From Octopus vulgaris (Eukaryota): a DNA stretch of 64,000 nt. The notes below the pieces were generated by a model. That model did not search any database. It was not told the origin of the DNA and worked only from the letters and a program-made list of their open reading frames with translations. A program made the position numbers and the translations under genes. The stretch spans positions 4,092,001 through 4,156,000 of the forward strand of contig OX597835.1 of the NCBI GenBank assembly GCA_951406725.2. Direction: 5' to 3'. This document shows, in pieces, positions 54,412 to 64,000 of this stretch. Position 1 is the stretch's first letter. The number at the start of each line of letters is the position of its first letter.

Positions 54412-54987
54412 TGTGTACGTGTGTGTGTACGTGTGCGGACACATCTTGGAAATAAAGAGATCGGAGAAGAACAAGATTCAATAAGCGAATTCTGAGTTTC
54501 TGTCACTGAGTGTTACTTATTCAACAGAGTTATTGTTCTTGTTGCCATGACATTCTGTTATGATATAACAAAGTTATACAACAGAATCTCACCCCCCCAC
54601 CCCGACCTCCTTCCATTTCTCAACCCATTCCGTCTCTTCCCTGCCGCCAAAACAAGAAATAAGATATTTACATGCATGCAGATGTTCTTTATGAACTCGA
54701 AGACTAAACAGCTTGCCTTAAAATAGCAGACTGCTCATAGAATGGTAGGGTGAAGGCACAGATGAGGGGTTGCTGGGGGAGTAAAGAGGTGTGCAAAGAC
54801 GCGAATGCTGTACTGGGACTTATTATCAAATTAGCCGCCCACCCATGTCTCAGAGACAGAAAATGGAATTCATAATTTTCCTTTTTCAAATCACGTGTGT
54901 ATATATATATATATATATATATAAGCAAGGCAGCCAGTTCTAAAATCTCTATGAGAGATGCAATAATTAGTAACTATACGGCGAAAC

Positions 54988-55099
54988 AATGCTTGTTGCC
55001 GCCTCAACATGGCTGTCCCGAACGGAACGATGTTAGTAGTAGAAAATGGTAGTAGCGTCGTTCCGCACAGAACAGCCATGTTGAAGTCGTAACAAACAT

Positions 55100-55100
<1 letters not shown>
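54988..55100. repeat. Imperfect ~50-bp-arm hairpin (MITE-like)
   Basis: aatgcttgttgccgcctcaacatggctgt...acagccatgttgaagtcgtaacaaacatt. Confidence 0.75.
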
Positions 55101-55187
<87 letters not shown>

Positions 55188-55239
55188 GGTGGAAAGGTGG
55201 AAAAAAGAGTACTCAAATACCAGAGGTAGAGTAATATGC

Positions 55240-55365
55240 TTTTATTTAAAAGCAGCAGAAATATAACAAAAGCTGTTACTCGGAGTTTCTCGTTCCCGTT
55301 CGTCGGACACAGGAACGTGAAACTCCGAGTAACAGCTTTTGTTATATTTCTGCTGCTTTTTAAAT

Positions 55366-55369
<4 letters not shown>
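55240..55369. mobile_element. Fold-back hammerhead element between (TA)n tracts
   Basis: Arms ~55240-55296 and 55312-55369. Confidence 0.8.
55274..55309 (-). ncRNA. Minimal hammerhead motif, variant core CCGACGA
   Basis: UGU-CCGACGA-ACG(GGAA)CGA-GAAA-CUCCGAG-UA-ACA; the other arm has CGU, which restores stem II. Confidence 0.6.
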
Positions 55370-55726
<357 letters not shown>

Positions 55727-56917
55727 GAGACTCCAGGTCATCAGCGTCACTCGTGTTCATAACAGATATCGCGTAAGACCCATGTATAAAAGAAGGTAAG
55801 AAACGTAATGCACACCGCAAACTCACATATGTACGGATAATTTATCAGTAAGCTAGTTTGCTGCTTCTAACGAAAGAATGCCTCACGTTTCTTAGCAATA
55901 TTTTTAGCCCCAAATGGCTTATTTTTTTTTATATCTAGCAACTTATGTCTTTCTCTATTTCTAAGTCAAGAGTAAAAATAAGGCAACCATGTAAGATACA
56001 ACTGATCTTCGCACAGAGACGCACAGAATAACAAAAAATAATGAAAACCGAGTACACATCAAGCATCACCGATCTGACTGTCGCCTGTACTCTTCACAGG
56101 AGATGTCAGTTAGTCCTTTACACCTTACTAGACTCGATCGTTTTAACCTTGACTTACTATTATATAACAGCAACCAAATAATAAACGTAGAATGCACAAC
56201 AAACGTCACCGATTTGACTGTCGGCTGTACTCTTGGCAAGTGATGTCAGTGAGTCCTTTTAAACCCACCCGGTTCGTTCGTAATTAGCCCGAGTTGCTAG
56301 ATAACGTTCCGTTCCTTGAAGAATATTGTAGAACGGAAACTTTTCTTGAATTGGAACTTAAATCCTAATGTCTATAGAAATTTATTGAGGATCTTTTCAC
56401 TTTGACCGGCAGATTTTAAAAATAATTTCTTTTGTAACTAAACACTTTTAAACTAAAGTGCAGCGAATGTGTTACATAAAACATCTTTTTCTCTTGGCGT
56501 TCTTGAGAAAATTATGTAGTTTGTGAGTTATTTCTTGTTTAATTTCTTGTATTTCGGCAATTTCAACCAATCAATGACGTCTATTGAGGTGAATATAATT
56601 ACTGCTGTTGCTTGCCAGCAAGTTCAACAACAACTTCCGGCGGTGTCTATTTCGAGATCGATACTAGGGTCATAGTTATGGGTGGACACTAAATGAGGGA
56701 ATGGTTTTGTTATCCAGCTCTGTTTACGAGTGACCCCTCAGTTTATGGCCACAAAATGTTTATATTTAGGTATGTTTGCGCGCGCGCGCGTGGGTGTATA
56801 ATGGAAATGAGATGGTAATGTTCAACGCTGAAAATGTGTAAGTATATGTGTGTACGTGTGTGCATGTACAAGAGAACTATGTGAAACTTTACATATACAT
56901 ATAAAGTAAAGAAGATG

Positions 56918-57116
56918 TGACCTCGTGTGTACCGTTGCCGATTTTTTTTCCTCTGTCTTCCCTTCTCTGGATCTTTCCTTCTCCTATGTTTCCGACGAAG
57001 AGCTCCGCTCGAAACGTTAAACCCTCCTTCTTTCCTTCTTTCCTGAGCGTCCAATAATACTATATTTGTTCCACGTTCCTCGCGTTGTGTTTTTTTGTGC
57101 TTTCTTGTTTGGATTA

Positions 57117-57120
<4 letters not shown>
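56918..57120 (+). mobile_element. ~200-bp hammerhead-bearing element, copy 2
   Basis: Near-identical to 55406-55608; ends in (TA)n. Confidence 0.85.
56988..57022 (+). ncRNA. Minimal hammerhead motif, variant core CCGACGA
   Basis: Identical motif to 55476-55510. Confidence 0.6.
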
Positions 57121-57210
<90 letters not shown>

Positions 57211-57213
<3 letters not shown>

Positions 57214-57380
57214 ATCTAGAATCCTTGCCCGGTACCGGATCGATCCCGAAATCTAATCACTTTGTGCCAGTCACGAGGCGAAACATCCCTGAAAGTTTCA
57301 TTCGCATCCATCCAGCGGATCCTGAGATATCTTGTCCTCAGTCAAACAAACAAACAAACACACAAACACAACTGAAAACT
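57211..57380 (+). mobile_element. Possible Helitron/Helentron-associated (HINE/DINE-1-like) fragment
   Basis: aaagtttcattcgcatccatccagcggatcctgagatatc followed by (caaa)n, resembling this class. Confidence 0.4.
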
Positions 57381-57721
57381 AGAAGCATTATTAAATGCTT
57401 GAGATAATTCTATTTAAATATATTTGTTAACGTAAGGTTAATATAAATCTCGTTATTGTTTTTACACGTTTTATTTTGGTTTTCAGTCTAATATAGAACT
57501 ATCAACATCATACCTCCGGGATGTCTTTTACTTTCATTTTCAGATATTTTTGCTTCTACTTTATCCAATCTTGTGATTAATTCGTTTAGTCATTAAATAA
57601 ATCAATACCTCAGCTTAAAATCTGAACTTAAAAGTTATTAAAATCTAAATATCTGAGATGAGTTAATAAGATTTTCATTCTTCGCTCTATTAATTTTATC
57701 TCTCTCTCTCTCCCTTTCTCT

Positions 57722-57772
<51 letters not shown>

Positions 57773-58080
57773 CGAAGCATTTCTAGAATTTTCAATTGTA
57801 TGGAGTCGATGGATTATCGGAATCCTTAGAGCTATTAATAAAGTAGCTTGCGGCATTAGCTACGGTTCTTTAAGTTCCGAGTTTAGATCTCAAAACAACT
57901 CCGTCCATCAAACTTCTCGGCGGGGGTGGGTGAGGGGCGTCGATAAAGTATTAGTCATGTACGAAGGCAAATTTTATTCATTTGTTATATATATTTATAT
58001 TTGGTTTTCCTCTTTCACTATGTAAATGTTTGTATAGATCGCTAGCCACAAACCCCTTTTTTATTTTCTCTCCCCGTGTT

Positions 58081-58118
58081 CCTTTCTGTCGAAGAGCGTA
58101 GGCTCGAAACGTTAAAGG
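58081..58118 (+). ncRNA. Minimal hammerhead-like motif, variant core CUGUCGA
   Basis: CCUUU-CUGUCGA-A-GAGC(GUAG)GCUC-GAAA-CG-UU-AAAGG; 5-bp stem I; within a ~175-bp element (58030-58206) ending in (TA)n. Confidence 0.62.
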
Positions 58119-58202
58119 CTCTCTCACTTCCCGAGCGTTAAACTAATACGTTTGTTTGTTGTTTACGCACCCGTCTTCGTCTTTTGTTTTTTTGTAAATT
58201 CC

Positions 58203-58262
<60 letters not shown>

Positions 58263-58630
58263 ATACACACACACACACATACACACATACATAGGTACGT
58301 ACATAGGTATATACATCATATACACTTACATATATACACAGGTACATACTTGCCATATGTTTCATCGCTTAAAGTACATACAACAAATGTCGAACAGATA
58401 CGAATCAAACTTCCGGTTGATTTAAATTTCCGATTAATTTAGAACCATTTAAAATGGTTCGGGAAATAGGAACAACTGGAATTGAATATGTAGTATTTAC
58501 ATAAACAAAACCACATATATACACACACACAGGTTACGTATATATATGTGTGTGTATGTATCTGCGTATGTATATGTGTTTGTGTGTGTATATATATGCA
58601 TACGTGTGTATCTATATGTGTATGTGTGAA

Positions 58631-58666
<36 letters not shown>

Positions 58667-59272
58667 CATGTGTATATAAGCATGTGTCTCTATTTAAAAA
58701 AATATAATTACTTTCGTTCAATTATGGCATTTGCGCAAATTAAAAATAAATCTCATTCTTTTTAACGCCATATGCACACATACACAGATGCGCATACTAG
58801 CACATACACACACACAAACATATATGATACACGCACATATGTATATATGTATATGACACATACATACATACGCATTCATATACATACATACACACTTATA
58901 CAATAACAGGCGCACCATTCAGTTTTACTTTGATTAATCACGTGACATGCAGAACTCGGTGAGTTTCATTAATGGAACCCAATTAAAATATATTCAATCT
59001 TTTTCTGATACCAGAATTAATTTTGTTAAACTCTCTAACTGTAACATTTTCATTTTCGCTGCTCGTGACACTTTCAATTACGGTTTCTCAAATCTGTTCA
59101 AAAGAGGTAGAATTATAAATCTTCAACTTTTCCTTTCTCATATTCTTTAACGTCAAAGATATGACAGACTGATTTATTTATCATTTTCAAAGTTTGAAGA
59201 TTTAACGGAACAGGTACCGAAGAATTTTCTTGTCTCTAAGAACTTTTGGTCATAATTTTCAAAGTAATATTC

Positions 59273-59319
<47 letters not shown>

Positions 59320-61319
59320 AGTGAGAGAGAGAAAGCGAGGGAGAGGCAGCATTGTCATAAAGTTTAATTTCTCGTCAACCGTATTCTCATCCGAAAATAT
59401 TGATCAAGAGAAGTCCCAATCTATACAGAACGAATCCAGTTATCTAAATAAGCCATCGTACACATCGACGCTCGTTGTAAAACTAAAGTGCAGCGAACAA
59501 TAACAAAGTTTTGATGTTCTTCGGAACAAGGAAGCAAGATATGGAACATTTTGGTAAAAGAACGAAAGCATGGTAATATTTTGTCCGCAAGACTTTCCAC
59601 AATCTATTACAGAGGCATGTAAAAAAGTGGAGGGTATTTGACTGTTTTGCGAACGTCGAAGGTGCTTTTTATGTTCCATATAAGAAAGACAGAGAGGCAT
59701 CACTGGAAGTTAAGTGAAGTGTCTTTTATTGAGAGGAGGAAAGCAGGTGGTACCATGTGGCACGAGAGGCGTACCACATGAGAGGCGATAAGGTCAAAGC
59801 ACAAGTTCAAATTTTATTTGACATACCTGCCCATAGACTAGTTCCACAATAAATGGGAAGATGAAATACAAGGCTCGCCGTCAAAGACATTGTTTGTAAC
59901 GTCGACTCTGGGGTTCGAGGTACAGTAAGGGCAGGTGAAACCTTCAGTGATTAGGGGTCAGATGGAGCCACCATACACTAACAGGTCCTCATGACATCAC
60001 AAAAGCACAAAACAACTGCAGAGTTGTGGAGGGTGCTGAGAGGAAAACCCATAAAACTCAGTAACCAGAGCAGAATTTCCAGATGTTAAGGCTTAGAAGG
60101 GCAACGACAACTCTGGCATCGCCAAAAGAGATCACTCCAGCTTTATTCCCAAGGTTTACAAGAAACCTGGTCGAGATCAACTTTATCTTTCATCCATCCA
60201 AGATCGATAGGATAAAATACTAATCAAGTATTGGGATTCGTTTGTTCCCTTTCGCCAATATTTCTGACCCTATTCCTATGTCAATATAATATCTATATTA
60301 AATTAATATGAAGATAATATCTGTATTATTTAGCAATTGATACCCTCATAACTAACAATTCGAATCCTGATCTCCCAGCAAATAATGGACGGAGCAACAT
60401 TTTGGGTTAGCACAAAGATTAAAGAATTGATAGCTGAGCTAATGAGATAAGCAAAGGCTGGACAGTCAGGGTTGGGATGCCTTTGGTCATAGGCCTCTTC
60501 AGTCATAGCGACTAAACAACAAAGAATTTGGAGCAAAACGGAAAATAACTAAGCAATCGTAAATAAATTACATAAATAAACAATTGAATAATTAAAGAAA
60601 AGAGAAATAAATAAATTAAAGATTTGATGAAAAGAGAGACACGTTATGAGAGGTTGTATTAGGAAGGTATGTCTTCTGTTTTAATTCTTATCACGAATGT
60701 TTTGTTGAGGTGAAGACTCGATGCTTGTTAGAACATTCTAGGTATTGACAAGTCTCCGTTGGCGAGATAAAAATCAAAGTGTGGCGTGATATGAGGAGTT
60801 TTATTCGGTGACATGAAACGTGGGCGTTTTATTCGTTCTTCGGTGAAAGTCAGAAGACGAAAATCTGTTGTCTTCTTTTCCTCTGACACAAATAACAGGG
60901 TTGTTTGTTGAAACGGTGAAGGGGGCCTTTACAGAGTCGCTCCAATTACTAGAAATAGCAGCTAATTCTTACTTGAAACACACTTCACACTCTTAAAACA
61001 AAGAATGATACGTTGGATAATACAGTTTGGGTGCATGCATTCTTTAGAAAGCAAGAGGGTGGTGGTCACGGCTGGAATGGCTTTGATTATTAGTTTATAT
61101 AGCAAGGGTTGATTTGAAGCTGAACTGATATAACAATTCAATAACGGTGTCAGCAATAGTAGTGACAGCAGCAGTAGGAGCAGTGGCAACAGTGGTAGCA
61201 GTAGCAGCAGTAGCAGCAGTAGGAGCAGTGGGAGCAGCAGTAGCAGCAGTGGGAGCAGCAGTGGGAGCAGCAGTAGGAGGAACGGGGCTGTTTGATTCGA
61301 GAATTCTTTATCTTACCTT

Positions 61320-61470
61320 ATTAGTTTCAGTCATTAGACTGCGGTCAAGCTGGAGCACCGCCTCGAAGAATGAATTGACCCCAGTACTTCTTTTAAGCCT
61401 AGTACTTATTCTATCGCTCTCTGTTGCAGAATCGCTAAGTTACGCGACATAAACAAACCAACACCGGTCG
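61320..61470 (-). mobile_element. SINE family A, old 3' fragment
   Basis: gtttcagtcatt.gactgcgg...ggagcaccgcc...agcctagtacttattctatc. Confidence 0.7.
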
Positions 61471-61788
61471 TCATGCCTGGTCATAAAATAATATTATAAA
61501 AGCATCATAGAGAGAATTAAGTGAAAAGGGCCCAGAATGGTTTACTTGTATGTGCTCTCTTGAACGGCAAGAAATAGTCGCCACGTTCTTAAATTCCATC
61601 TTTCACGTCTTTAAAAACGGTAAGGATTTCTTTATTAATTTTAATCTGAGACGGTAACGGATAGGAACGGCATTGGTTATGGCTATTCAGTCATGTCTGA
61701 GACTAGTCAAGACTTTGGTAGAGCGAAACAGTGCCTGTTGATTGATAGATAAATACATACATACCTGTCTGCCTACTGACCAACATAC

Positions 61789-61819
<31 letters not shown>

Positions 61820-61857
61820 TGTATGTATGTATGTATGTATGTATGTATGTATGTATG

Positions 61858-61931
<74 letters not shown>

Positions 61932-62119
61932 AAGAAATAATTGAGATTCAGTTGAATTAGGTACTTAAGTTGAAGCACCAAGTCGAGAAAAATTATATTA
62001 ATGTATTCAACTGATTAAAATTCTATTTATTTGATGTAATGATTGCATTGTTCAATTAAATGGAGCCGCTTGAAACGGTCGTACTGCATCACTTCTTGAT
62101 ATCCTGTTGCTTATTTTGA

Positions 62120-62160
<41 letters not shown>

Positions 62161-62215
62161 CTGTATATATGTATATATACACACACATCTTTACACACAC
62201 ACTCACACACACACA

Positions 62216-62256
<41 letters not shown>

Positions 62257-63327
62257 ATATAGAAAAGTATTGGTTATAGAACAAACATTTAATCATTTAT
62301 AAAAATCACCATGGTTTTCAAACACTTAAAAAATAATGCATATACATAAAATCACAGAAAGTAAAAATATATAATCGAATAAAATACAAATAGAACGGCC
62401 TATCAAAAAGTTAAATATACACGACTAAAAATCCATAAAATACCAAAAAAAAAACTAATAGACAAATATAGAATAAATAAAGATAAGAATAAAAGGAAAG
62501 AAAATAAATGCCCACCGGTGAGGATGTATGCGAGTGCACGTGTAAATTGAACAATGGTTGGAAAATAGGAAAATATGGAGTTGGTTGTAGGAAAGAATAC
62601 AAGACTAAACTATTGAAGAATAATGGCGGTCTTTTGACCGAAACAATGATATGAAGACAGAATTTGAAAAGGATAAGAAAGATGGAGAATGAGTAGAAAA
62701 CAGTAATAAAAATATATGTTGACTTACGATTTAACAATAAACTCAAGATGGAAAAATTGCAAAATAAAGCAGAGATAATAATATAAATTGTCTTTCAGCT
62801 TTGACAGTAAATAGGGGACAATTGTGCAAGTAACGTATGGAGGAAAGTGGAATGCTTTCGAAGCTTTGAAAGCAAACCAGGAAAGAGAGAAAGACTCTTG
62901 TAGATGAGTAAAATGATTGGGTGTTTGCAGGTTTGGGGAAAAAGGTAGGGAAAAGTTGAAAGTAGAAATAAGGAAGTCGTGAAGGAAAAGAAGTACATCA
63001 AAGAACTGGACTAGAAGGGTGGTAATAGTAGTAGTAGTAGTAGTAGTAGTAGTAGAGAGAGAGAGAGAGAGAATGGGAGAAAGAGCTTTCTCTTTCTCTC
63101 ACTTTCTTTCTGCGTTTGTCTTTTGTCAAATACGTTGTAGGTACAGCTGGAATAAACGTTATTGTCTTAGGTGCCGAAATTATAATGATTGATTATGATG
63201 AATTATGATGAATTGGCTACTGATGAAGGGATCAGACTTGCACACGTCCGCTTCAACTGGCTTTTCGTTGTTCCTGTAAATTTATACACGCACACACATA
63301 CACGGATGTGTGTGTGTTTGTATACAC

Positions 63328-63379
<52 letters not shown>

Positions 63380-63464
63380 TCACACACGCACACACATATT
63401 TATATGTGTATGTATATATATATATACATATATGTATGCATGTATGTGCATGTGTATATATATA

Positions 63465-63580
63465 TACCGAATATACTCGAGTAATAGTCGATTTTGAGTA
63501 AAAGTCGACCCCCTATTTTGGGCCCAAAAATTGGGAATTTTTCCATAAATCCCATATAAAAGTTGACCCTAGTATTTCAC
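63465..63580 (+). mobile_element. pogo/Tigger-like terminal fragment
   Basis: TA-ccgaatatactcgagtaatagtcga...gtaaaagtcgacccc resembles pogo-type CCGTATATACTCGAGTATAAG termini. Confidence 0.5.
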
Positions 63581-64000
63581 GAACAATAGGAAAATATTTG
63601 TGGGTCAAGGTACCGTATTATCCTGTACGGACAAATAACACTGTTACAAAATTGAGTGGCTGCCTTATTGTAGCTTGCTCTACAGGTGAAATGCTCGGTG
63701 CTTATAGGAAGACACTATGTAATAGCGATCAGTACACATCTATTGATGGGTGCTACATCATTATTACTAAAATGTATGCACAGGATGCGCTGCAAGTCTG
63801 CATACATCTTGAAGCGCAATAAACATATGCGTCAAACACTCGTTGTTTACATGGTGAGAAACAGTACTATTGGCGAACACTGGTAAACGCCACTGTCTGA
63901 ATTCGTACAAAGCATGACTTTGGTAAGCCTAAAAACTGTCAATTAATCTCTAGGTCAGTGGTTCCCACTCGACCTTTACATTTTCCCTATCTCCAAATAC

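Noticed and set aside
59700-60130. GC-richer stretch, possible LINE 5' UTR or HDV-like ribozyme
   Set aside because: Could not build a nested double pseudoknot or find a recognisable ORF by eye.
61147-61452. Ala/Val/Gly-rich ORF
   Set aside because: Degenerate (GCA/GTA) repeat running into a SINE fragment.
63220-63260. CTGATGA motif as a hammerhead (also 5263, 18861, and the decayed candidate at 62620-62650)
   Set aside because: No correctly placed GAAA, stem III and stem I partner, or the core is too decayed; at most remnants.

Overview
AT-rich, microsatellite-saturated, non-coding eukaryotic DNA. The repeat landscape is typical of an octopod cephalopod; this is inferred from the repeats, not from a database match. 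I recognise no intact host protein-coding gene, and nearly all listed ORFs are microsatellite or SINE artefacts. The window holds: (i) dozens of copies of about five tRNA-derived SINE families; (ii) decayed DNA transposons (mariner, pogo/Tigger, Tc1 and hAT MITEs); (iii) a Penelope-like RT fragment; (iv) a ~10.2 kb near-identical tandem duplication (33685-43905 / 44006-54224) straddling a 100-N gap, probably an assembly artefact. The most notable signal is a dense, multi-family set of short non-coding elements carrying minimal type-I hammerhead ribozyme motifs (CUGANGA...GAAA-palindromic stem III-UH). They usually abut (TA)n tracts and are often arranged as fold-back inverted repeats. One has a structure implying a head-to-tail or circular template. 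They resemble Penelope pLTR/retrozyme-type elements, with expanded stem II and recurrent variant cores. All folds were paired by eye; catalytic activity is untested.
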